This document shows, piece after piece, positions 17,253-24,933 of a stretch of 26,424 bases of DNA; the stretch's first letter is position 1, and each line of letters begins with the position of its first letter. The notes under the pieces were generated by a model that saw only the letters and a program-made list of their open reading frames with translations, did not search any database and was not told where the DNA came from. This DNA comes from Myxococcales bacterium (GTDB lineage: Bacteria > Myxococcota > Myxococcia > Myxococcales > Anaeromyxobacteraceae), in the NCBI GenBank assembly GCA_038320275.1, contig JBBQEB010000038.1:1-26424 (forward strand). The letters are read 5' to 3'. The translations under genes and the position numbers were made by a program.

Positions 17253-18143
17253 CTAGGTTCCCGCGGCTGGACCGGGCTGCGGGGCCGGCTCGGACGTGGC
17301 CGCGGCGCTCTCCGGCGCGCCCGCACCGGCCTGCGTACCGGTCTCCGCGAGGCGCCGATCCTCCTGGGCCGCCTGGCGCACCGCATCGAGCAGCTCGTCG
17401 TGGTCCTTGCGGAGAGCGTCGTGGCGGCGGCGCAGCTCCGCATGCCGATCCTGCGCCAGCTCGAGCTCTCCCTTCTGCACGATGTAGACGCGCTTCTCGG
17501 TCTCGAGGCGGCCCCGTGCCGCCTTGAGGTCACGCTCCACGTCCGCGAGGCGCTTGCGCCCCTCCACGAGCTTCGCCTCCGCCTTCTCCGCGCGCTCGCG
17601 CTCGGCCTGGAGCGCGGCGACGCTCTCGGCGGAAGGTGCGGACGAGGCTGCAAGCGGGACGGGCTCGGCGCGGGAAGGCGGTGCGGGAATGGGCGGCGCG
17701 GCGGGCTCTGCCCGGCGATCGGCAGCGGCCCGGAGCCGCTCCCCCTCTTCGGTCGCCCTGCGCAGCCCGTCCTCCAGGGCCCGGACTCGCCCGGACTGGT
17801 GCTCGGCCTCCGCCTTCGCCTCCGAGAGCCGGGCGCCGAGCTTGTCGATCTCGGTCCGAAGCGCCGGGGCGCCTCCTGCCTTCTTGGCGGTCTCGGCCTG
17901 CTCGAAGGCCTTGCGCTTCGCCGCGCCCAGTTCGGCGCGGAGCGTGCCCGCCTCGTCGCGCCGCTCCTTGGACTCGGCGCGCAGCGACGAGACTTCTCTC
18001 CGCACCACCTCCATGTCGGCGCGGAGCTTCTCCGCCTCGGCGGAGCGCTCGGCGGCGAGCTGACGGGCGGTGCGGGCCTGAAGGAAGAAGGCTACCGCGG
18101 CGAGGACTGCCAGGACGGCTACGAAGGCGGCAAGGCCGGTCAT
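17253..18143 (-). CDS. Membrane-anchored coiled-coil protein of unknown function
   Basis: N-terminal hydrophobic helix (LAAFVAVLAVLAAVAFFL) and two long E/K/R/A coiled-coil segments separated by a Pro/Ala linker. Confidence 0.75.
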   Translation of the reverse strand: MTGLAAFVAVLAVLAAVAFFLQARTARQLAAERSAEAEKLRADMEVVRREVSSLRAESKERRDEAGTLRAELGAAKRKAFEQAETAKKAGGAPALRTEIDKLGARLSEAKAEAEHQSGRVRALEDGLRRATEEGERLRAAADRRAEPAAPPIPAPPSRAEPVPLAASSAPSAESVAALQAERERAEKAEAKLVEGRKRLADVERDLKAARGRLETEKRVYIVQKGELELAQDRHAELRRRHDALRKDHDELLDAVRQAAQEDRRLAETGTQAGAGAPESAAATSEPAPQPGPAAGT

Positions 18144-18188
18144 GAGGAGGAATCTCCGAAGGTGGGCGAACGGCGGGGAAGGAGCGGG

Positions 18189-18219
18189 AGGCTACCACCG
18201 GCGGGTGCGTGCTGGTCAA
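18189..18219 (-). promoter_or_regulatory. Putative sigma70 promoter for the coiled-coil/WYL/WYL unit
   Basis: Minus strand TTGACC, 19-nt spacer ending in TGG (extended -10), TAGCCT. Confidence 0.5.
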
Positions 18220-18420
18220 CGCCGACGCCTTGGCCACCCCCGCTCCACAGAGGTATACACTTATCCCCTTTCGGGGAGGGTCGCCCGCAACCTGTCGCCT
18301 AAAATCGGCAGCTTGGGACGCGTCTTCCTTTGCCCACGCCACCGCCTCGGCGCTACCGGGCACCCGCCCCGCGTTCCGGGGAGCGCCGGGGGCCTTCCCT
18401 GCTAGGATCCCCTCCCTCCG

Positions 18421-19971
18421 ATGCGCAGCCTCGCAGCCAAGATCTTCACCACCTTCGCCGTGGCGCTCGTCGCCTTCGGCCTGGCGGCGTCCTTCGCCGT
18501 GGGGCGCATGCACGCGCTCGGCACCGACCTCCGGCTCCTCAGCGAAGGGTATCTGCCCCTCACCCGGATCGCAGCCCAGCTCGAGGTGAAGGACTGGGTC
18601 ACCGCCCGCGCCCTGGAGGTTCGCACGCTCGATTCGACCGCGCGGCGCGCGTTCCTTCCCGTGGCCCGGGCGCACTTTCCTCGGGTGGTGAAGGAGAAGC
18701 TCGACGAGGCGCGGCGGGTGGTCGGGCGCGCGAGGGCTCTGGCGACCGGCGGCGACGCGCGGTTCTTCACCGAGATGGGGGAGCGCATCGATGCGCTCGA
18801 CGCCCGCTGGAGCGCCTACGACGGCGCCTCGCGCGGGCTCTTCGACGCGCTGGAGCGCGGGGCATCCGCGGAGGACCTCGCCGTCGGCGAGCGGGTGGAG
18901 GCGGTGCGCAGGCTCGAGAAGGGGATCTCCCTCGACGTGAAGCTCCTGCAGGCGGCGCTCGACGGCCAGGTGGCGGATCGCGTCCACGCGGCCGAGCGAG
19001 CCGAGCGCCGCAGCGCCCTCCTCATCGTGCTGGCCTCCCTCATCGCCGCCACGGTCGGACTGGGCGCGACGCTCATCGGGCAGCGCCTGCTCGCGCCCAT
19101 CCGCACGCTGACGGAAGGCGTGAAGGCGGTCGCGCAGGGGGACCTCTCGCGCAGCGTCGAGGTCCGGAGCGGGGACGAGCTGGGGCTCCTCGCCCGCGAG
19201 TTCAACGCCATGGCAGCCTCCCTCGATCGCCAGCGTTCGGAGCTCCTTCGCGCGGAGCGCCTCGCCGCGGTGGGCCGGATCTCGGCGCAGATCACCCACG
19301 AGATCCGCAATCCCCTCAACGCCATCGGGCTCAACGCGGAGCTGCTGGCGGAGGAGCTGCAGGCGGTCGAGGCGCCGGACGAGGCGCTCGCCCTGGTGGA
19401 GGCCATCGGCCGCGAGGTCGACCGGCTGGGAGCGGTGACGGAGGAGTACCTCCGCTTCGCGCGCCTGCCGAAGCCGGTCTTCGGGCGCGAGGACCTCAAC
19501 GCGCTGGTGGCGAGCCTGGTGGAGTTCGTCCGCCCGGAGCTCGCGGCGGCAGGGGTGGAGGTCCGGCTGGCGCTCGCGCCCGGCCTCCCGCCCGTGCGGT
19601 GCGACGAGGGGCAGCTCCGCGCCGCGCTGCTGAATCTGCTCCGGAACAGCCGCGAGGCGATGCCCAGCGGCGGACGGGTGGAGCTCGCCACGCGCGAGGT
19701 TCCGGGCGGCGTCGAGGCCGAGGTCCGGGACAGCGGGCCCGGCATCGCGGCGGACGCGCTCCCGCGCATCTTCGACCCGTTCTACTCCACCAAGGAGAAG
19801 GGGACGGGTCTCGGGCTCGCGTTCACACAACAGGTCTTGAAGGAGCACGGCGGCTCGGTGCGATGCGCGAGCGAGGCTGGGCAGGGGACGGTGTTCACCG
19901 TTCGGGTGCCGCGCGCGGGAGACGAGCGCGCGGAGGTGGCGGCGGCGGTCGGGGAGGCACTGGAAGCATGA
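18421..19971 (+). CDS. Membrane sensor histidine kinase (periplasmic helical sensor, HAMP, HisKA, HATPase_c)
   Basis: Two TM helices, HAMP (PIRTL...DELGLLAREFNAM), H-box ITHEIRNPL, N-box NLLRNS, DSGPG, FDPFYSTK, GTGLGL. Confidence 0.95.
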   Translation: MRSLAAKIFTTFAVALVAFGLAASFAVGRMHALGTDLRLLSEGYLPLTRIAAQLEVKDWVTARALEVRTLDSTARRAFLPVARAHFPRVVKEKLDEARRVVGRARALATGGDARFFTEMGERIDALDARWSAYDGASRGLFDALERGASAEDLAVGERVEAVRRLEKGISLDVKLLQAALDGQVADRVHAAERAERRSALLIVLASLIAATVGLGATLIGQRLLAPIRTLTEGVKAVAQGDLSRSVEVRSGDELGLLAREFNAMAASLDRQRSELLRAERLAAVGRISAQITHEIRNPLNAIGLNAELLAEELQAVEAPDEALALVEAIGREVDRLGAVTEEYLRFARLPKPVFGREDLNALVASLVEFVRPELAAAGVEVRLALAPGLPPVRCDEGQLRAALLNLLRNSREAMPSGGRVELATREVPGGVEAEVRDSGPGIAADALPRIFDPFYSTKEKGTGLGLAFTQQVLKEHGGSVRCASEAGQGTVFTVRVPRAGDERAEVAAAVGEALEA

Positions 19972-21347
19972 TCGGGCGACGAAGGACGGCGACACCTCTG
20001 GCCCGGGCTCGGGTCCGGGGACGGGGGGCGACCCATGCGGCGACCGCCTTCTGCGAGGCGAAGCGCCGCGTACTGCCGAACGGGCTGCGGGTGCTCACCG
20101 TTCCCGCGCCAGGCCTGCACTCGGCCATGGTCGCGCTCTATGTGCGGGCCGGCTCGCGGCACGAGGCGGGCGAGGTGAACGGGGTCTCGCACTTCCTGGA
20201 GCACCTCTTCTTCCGCGGGTCCCGCTCCTGGCCCGACACGGTGGCCATGAACGCCGCCGTGGAGAGCGCCGGCGGAAACCTCAACGGCATCACCGCGCGC
20301 GACCACGGCTGCTACTACACGCCGCTGCACCCGGGGGAGCTCGCCACCGGGCTCGCCATCATCGGCGACATGATCCGCCGCCCGCTCCTGCGCGAGATCG
20401 ACGTCGAGCGCGAGATCATCCTGGAGGAGATCCTCGACGAGGTGGACGGTGACGGTCGCGACATCGACGCGGACAACCTCTCCAAGCGGCTCGCCTTCGG
20501 AGATCACCCGCTGGGCTTCAAGATCGCCGGGACGCCGCAGATCATCCGGCGCCTCGACGACGCCGCCGTCCGCGCTCATCACGCGCGCTTCTACACCGGC
20601 GCGAACCTCGTGCTCTGCGTGGCCGGCCCGGTGCGCGAAGCGGAGGTGGTGGAGCTCGCGGAGGAGCACCTCGGCGGGCTGCCCCGGGGCAAGATCTCGC
20701 GCGACGACCCTCCGCCGCCCTGGCCGGCGGGGCCCTCGCTCGAGCACGTGGCGCACGACGACGCCCAGTCGGAGCTCTGCCTCAACTTCCCCTGCCCTCC
20801 CGAGCACCACCCCGACTACCCGGTCCACCTCGTCATCCGGCGCATCCTCGACGACGGCCTCTCGTCGCGGCTGCCCTTCGAGGTGGTGGAGCGCCGTGGG
20901 CTCGCCTACGCCCTGCACGCCGGCATCGACGCCTTCGCCGACGCGGGCATGTTCGTGGTGGACGGCGCCTGCGCGCCGAAGAAGCTGCCCAAGGTGGTGC
21001 GCGAGATCTTGCGCGTGCTGGGCGACCTCGCCGCGCGCGCCGTTCCGGAGGAGGAGCTGGTCCGGGTGCAGAGGCGCCACCGCATGACCCTGGCCTTCTC
21101 GCTCGACAGCGCGGCGGAGCTCGCGGGCTGGTATGGGTCCGGCGAGGTGCTGCACGCGCCGGAGGAGTTCGAGGAGCGCTGCCGCCGCGTGGAGGGGGTC
21201 ACGGCCGAGGACGTGCTCCGGGTCGCGCGCGCCACCTTCACCGCCGACAACCTGGTGGGCGTCTTCGTGGGCCCCACCGGCGTGCGCGCGCGGCGCGAGC
21301 TGGAGCGCGCCATCTCCGGCGCCGAGCTTCCGCGCAAGGCGCCCTAG
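19968..21347 (+). CDS. M16 family (pitrilysin-like) zinc metallopeptidase
   Basis: LPNGLRV, GSRHE...GVSHFLEHLFFRG (HxxEH), EREIILEE, SSRL...ERRGLAY. ATG 19968 overlaps the kinase stop; the exact start is uncertain. Confidence 0.92.
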   Translation: MIGRRRTATPLARARVRGRGATHAATAFCEAKRRVLPNGLRVLTVPAPGLHSAMVALYVRAGSRHEAGEVNGVSHFLEHLFFRGSRSWPDTVAMNAAVESAGGNLNGITARDHGCYYTPLHPGELATGLAIIGDMIRRPLLREIDVEREIILEEILDEVDGDGRDIDADNLSKRLAFGDHPLGFKIAGTPQIIRRLDDAAVRAHHARFYTGANLVLCVAGPVREAEVVELAEEHLGGLPRGKISRDDPPPPWPAGPSLEHVAHDDAQSELCLNFPCPPEHHPDYPVHLVIRRILDDGLSSRLPFEVVERRGLAYALHAGIDAFADAGMFVVDGACAPKKLPKVVREILRVLGDLAARAVPEEELVRVQRRHRMTLAFSLDSAAELAGWYGSGEVLHAPEEFEERCRRVEGVTAEDVLRVARATFTADNLVGVFVGPTGVRARRELERAISGAELPRKAP

Positions 21348-21467
21348 CGTCGTGGATGCGCGAACCACCTTCCTCCCCTGACCCGGGGGTGGGGACCACC
21401 CGCGCGGCCTCGCCGCGGCCCCGCTCGACTGGGGCCGTTTTGCCGGCCGAACGGGGCCGAACGCCGC

Positions 21468-21503
21468 GGGCTGAGCTCTTGCATCCTCCCGCCCGCTAGG
21501 AGG
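21468..21503 (+). promoter_or_regulatory. Sigma54-like promoter and ribosome-binding site of hemerythrin gene
   Basis: GGGCTGAGCTCTTGCA (21468-21483) has -24 GG and -12 TTGCA at consensus spacing. AGGAGG at 21498-21503. Confidence 0.55.
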
Positions 21504-21510
21504 AAGAACC

Positions 21511-21936
21511 ATGGGAATCCAGTGGAACCCGCGCCTCGCGGTGGGCGTCGCGAGCATCGACAACCAGCACAAGGAGCTCTTCGACCGGGTGAACCGCCTG
21601 CTCACCGCGATGGAGTCCAAGCAGGGCGAGCCGGAGGTGAAGCGGCTGGTGTCGTTCCTGGGCGACTACGTCGTCTCGCACTTCGGCGGCGAGGAGCGGC
21701 TCATGCAGCAGCACGGGTATGGCGGCTTCGCCGACCACAAGAAGCAGCACGACGCCTTCGTCAAGGAGTTCCTGGGCGTGAAGGCCACCATCGAGAAGAG
21801 CGGCTCGTCGAGCGAGCTCGCGGTGAAGCTCAACCACCGCATCTGCACCTGGCTCCTCGACCACATCGGCAAGACGGACAAGGCGCTCGGCGAGTTCATG
21901 GCCAAGAAGACCGCCCGGCCGGCAGTCGGCGCGTAG
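21511..21936 (+). CDS. Single-domain bacteriohemerythrin
   Basis: W...VGVASIDNQHKELF, HFGGEERLM, HKKQH, WLLDHIGKTD diiron ligands; strong RBS. Confidence 0.95.
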   Translation: MGIQWNPRLAVGVASIDNQHKELFDRVNRLLTAMESKQGEPEVKRLVSFLGDYVVSHFGGEERLMQQHGYGGFADHKKQHDAFVKEFLGVKATIEKSGSSSELAVKLNHRICTWLLDHIGKTDKALGEFMAKKTARPAVGA

Positions 21937-21984
21937 CCTCGGACGCGCTTCTCCGCGGCGCCGGCGGAATGATACCGTCGGGCC

Positions 21985-22290
21985 GTGGAGGACTTCGTCG
22001 AGCGCGTGGTGCGGCGGCTCCGGGACGGCTCGGGACTGAGCCGGAACCGCCACTTCCTGACCTTCGCCTCGCCCGAGGGACGGAAGGCGCTCCGCATCCA
22101 TCGCCACCTGAGGTCCGTCGAGCGCGACCTCGCCCGCGCCGTGCGGGCGGAGGTGGACCGCGGGGGCGAGCGGGTGCGCATCGACATCCGCACCGGGGCC
22201 GGCTCGCGCAGCGCCTGGCTCACGCAGGCGGAGTTCCGGCTCCTCTGCGAGAGCGAGGCGGTGCGCGCCGTACTTCGCTGCGATGCGTGA
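21985..22290 (+). CDS. Small hypothetical protein (101 aa)
   Basis: GTG start 6 nt after extended -10 TGaTACCGT, host-like codon usage, non-repetitive sequence (LSRNRHFLTF). Confidence 0.65.
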   Translation: MEDFVERVVRRLRDGSGLSRNRHFLTFASPEGRKALRIHRHLRSVERDLARAVRAEVDRGGERVRIDIRTGAGSRSAWLTQAEFRLLCESEAVRAVLRCDA

Positions 22291-22346
22291 GCGCGGTCTC
22301 TGCGCGGCGCGCCGGCCAGCGCGCTGGTTCGCCGCACGTTTCACTA

Positions 22347-23111
22347 TCAGGCTGACCTGAACTCCCGCTCTCGGTGCCACGCGAGATACCTCCTGTGCCC
22401 GTTCGCGAGCCGCTCAACTCTGAGCCTGGGAACGAGCCCAAGCAGCTCGCGCGCCGTCGGCGTCAAGAGGCTCGAGACAATCACCATTCCCTCATCAGCA
22501 ACCGTGATGAGCCCCCCGTCGAAGGCGGCGTCCAGGTGTGGCGCGAGCAGCAGTCCGTTGAAGACGTCGAGCCGCTCGGCGTCGGTTTCGCAGTCCGCCC
22601 ACGGCTTGATGTGGCTGGCGCGGAGGAGCTCGCGGACGGCGAGGCCCGTGATGGCGCACTTCCCGTCCCAGTAGTCCATCAGGCCCGCCCGGAAGACATC
22701 CTGGCCGACGCGCTGGACCGCCAGCCGCTCGGCCTCGGTGGCCCTGGGCATCCCGGCGGTCTTCTCCTCGAAGTCCCGCAGCAGCTCGTTCGGAAGGGTC
22801 CGGGCGAGCTGGTAGGCCCGGCGGAGCAGCTGGCTCAGGTCGGCGATCGTGCCGACGTCGAGACAAACCGCCGCGCCCTCGGGGAGCGCCGCCGTGGCGG
22901 TTGCGCCGAGCCCGGCCAGCCCCGCTGCGACGTCCGCCCGCGACAGCGCCACCAGCACGCCGGGCTCGGCCGAGCTGGTGAGCCACACCTTCAGTGGGGC
23001 GTGCGAGCTGGCGAAGTTAACCCACGAGCCGCTACGTCCGAGTTCCTGGTCGAAGCCGTTGTCGAACGCAGCCTTCTCGAGGCGGGTCGCGAAGCCGGGC
23101 GCCAGGTTCAT
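22347..23111 (-). CDS. HNH endonuclease (C-terminal HNH_2-type domain, unrecognised N-terminal domain)
   Basis: QRVGQDVFR...YWDGKCAITG...LRASHIKPW...NGLLLAPHLDAAFDGGLI...YLAWHR. ATG 23111 preferred over the longer ORF-track start. Confidence 0.9.
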   Translation of the reverse strand: MNLAPGFATRLEKAAFDNGFDQELGRSGSWVNFASSHAPLKVWLTSSAEPGVLVALSRADVAAGLAGLGATATAALPEGAAVCLDVGTIADLSQLLRRAYQLARTLPNELLRDFEEKTAGMPRATEAERLAVQRVGQDVFRAGLMDYWDGKCAITGLAVRELLRASHIKPWADCETDAERLDVFNGLLLAPHLDAAFDGGLITVADEGMVIVSSLLTPTARELLGLVPRLRVERLANGHRRYLAWHREREFRSA

Positions 23112-23242
23112 GCCCCGGTTCCCGGGCTCTCGCCCGTCTGCGTCATGGACACTGTTCGCCGCAGCGCGCACAGCCCCGGAGGGCGTCCATTAGGATTCGC
23201 TCGTGTTCGCCTGCCCTTAGCGAAGGAACGCCAGCCCGTAAC

Positions 23243-23265
23243 GGACACGCTCATGGCGCGTGTCC
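23243..23265. repeat. Perfect 8-bp inverted repeat GGACACGC-N7-GCGTGTCC
   Basis: Read directly; spans the stop codon of the Schlafen-ATPase gene, upstream of the HNH gene. Confidence 0.7.
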
Positions 23266-24933
23266 TTTAGGGCCTTCGCTCTTCAGCCGGTACTTGGTCC
23301 AGCGCTTCTTGCCGCTGGGCACGACCTCTCCGGCGTCGATCAAAGCATCGATCGCCCGCTTCAGTGTCCGAGGGTTGATCTCCGGCCCGATGCGCTGGTG
23401 GATCTCGGAGCTCGACGACGCCGGGTACCTTTCGAGGTCCTCCAGGATCAGGGCGCGGAGCCGATGAGGCTGGACGCGCTTCAGCGTGGTCTTGAGGTCT
23501 AGGTCGACCGCCTTGAGCAGCGTAGGCGGAACGAAGTAACGGGTGGCTCGGGTCCGTCCCGTAGGCGTGATGAGCCCGACCTCGAGCAGGCGATCGATCC
23601 ACGGATGCAGGGCTTCGGCGTCCGGCAGCTCGAGGCGACGCGCGAACTCGGTCGCGGTCAGCCCTTCGGTCAGCGCGAGCACCCCGAGCGCGATCCGCTC
23701 CCGCTGGTTGAGCTGGAACCTGGCGTTCGCATCCCGGAGCAGCCGCGCCACCTCGGGGCACAGTACGCGCCGCGGAACCGTGACGTGCACGGAGTCGGTG
23801 CCCTCCTTGATCCCCGGCACCTGGCGACCGCTCTGGAGGAGCCGGTCGTAGATGAGGTCAAACCCGCTCCCCTCGCGCTCCATGAAGCCGAGGTCGCTGA
23901 GAACCCTCGCGAGTCCGTCGTTCCGTCGCCGGCTCTCGTGCAGGATATTGCGCGGCGTGACGCCGAGCGGCAGCCGACCTGGGTTCACGACCTCGAGCCG
24001 GTCCGGGTGAAGGTTCAGGTAGATGTCACCGCGCTGGGTGTAAGGGCGGTGCGCCAGGGCGTTCACGAGCACCTCGCGGAGCACCGCCTCGTCGAACGCT
24101 GGGATGGTCGTCCTCAGCAGCCCGTCCGGCACCTCGTAGGTCTCTCGGAAGTCGGGTACGTCGCGCCACACCGCCTCGAGGAGCTCCGTGGGCGAGAGGG
24201 TGTGGTCGTCCCAGGCGATCTTGTTCGTCTTGTTCCCGCGCTCGTCGTACTTGAGGAACTGCACGACGGGCCCCGTGCCGAGCGTGCTCCGCTGATGCGC
24301 CGTCCCGAGCAGCAGGACGCCGAGGTTGGTCAGGCGAGGCCCCGCGGTCAGCTGATAGTGTGCCAGCAACTCGTCGTTGGTCTTCTCCTTCACCGACTGC
24401 TTCACCCGGCTCGACGCGCGGAGGGCATCGCACAGCCCGCGCATCTTGCCGTCGTCTGCCTCGGCCCGCACCGCGCCGCTGGTCGTCAGGAACTCCCAGG
24501 GAATCGCCGGGCGCTCGTTGATGAGGCGCGCGATGTCGTCGCCGACCAGCGGCCTGCTCTCGTCCCCGACCCTTAAAAAGAACTTGCCGCCGCTCGTGGA
24601 GGCGATCCCCGCGGCGCGAAGGACCCGAACCTCGACGTACTGCCCTCCGTTCTCGTGGGTCCGCAGCTCACAAACGACCGCCACGTTCGCAGTACGTTCG
24701 CCAACCGTCTTCTTGATCTGCTCGGGCACCCCGGGATGGATGGTTTGGGTCGAGGGAGGTGCCACGTCATCATCCTCGATCCCGACGTAGATCCGGCCCC
24801 CAGCCGCGTTGGCGAAGGCCACACAGTCGCCGGCCAAGGCGTCCCAGTCCGGCGTCCGGCCGACGACCTTCCGGAGCGACTTCCGTTCGAAGTGCTCGCT
24901 CTCGCCGCCGTCGGGCAGCGTGTCGGGGCTCAC
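23251..24933 (-). CDS. Schlafen/AlbA_2-domain protein with HATPase_c_4 (RecG C-terminal-like) and winged-HTH domains
   Basis: N-terminal ESEHFERKS...CVAFANAAGGRIYVGIEDD (AlbA_2). Central LREVLVNALAHRPY...VVNPGRLP...RRNDGLARVL..LGFMEREGSGFD. Two C-terminal wHTH-like segments. Confidence 0.88.
   Translation of the reverse strand: MSPDTLPDGGESEHFERKSLRKVVGRTPDWDALAGDCVAFANAAGGRIYVGIEDDDVAPPSTQTIHPGVPEQIKKTVGERTANVAVVCELRTHENGGQYVEVRVLRAAGIASTSGGKFFLRVGDESRPLVGDDIARLINERPAIPWEFLTTSGAVRAEADDGKMRGLCDALRASSRVKQSVKEKTNDELLAHYQLTAGPRLTNLGVLLLGTAHQRSTLGTGPVVQFLKYDERGNKTNKIAWDDHTLSPTELLEAVWRDVPDFRETYEVPDGLLRTTIPAFDEAVLREVLVNALAHRPYTQRGDIYLNLHPDRLEVVNPGRLPLGVTPRNILHESRRRNDGLARVLSDLGFMEREGSGFDLIYDRLLQSGRQVPGIKEGTDSVHVTVPRRVLCPEVARLLRDANARFQLNQRERIALGVLALTEGLTATEFARRLELPDAEALHPWIDRLLEVGLITPTGRTRATRYFVPPTLLKAVDLDLKTTLKRVQPHRLRALILEDLERYPASSSSEIHQRIGPEINPRTLKRAIDALIDAGEVVPSGKKRWTKYRLKSEGPKGHAP

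Noticed and set aside
18290..18306. Mycobacterial PafBC promoter motif (TGTCGG-N10-TA-N3-T)
   Set aside because: TGTCGC is followed by TAAAAT after only 1 nt, so the spacing does not fit.
18330..21347. 1005-aa ORF suggesting a giant M16 peptidase fusion
   Set aside because: Its N-terminal half is an off-frame reading of the kinase gene; the peptidase starts at or after ATG 19968.
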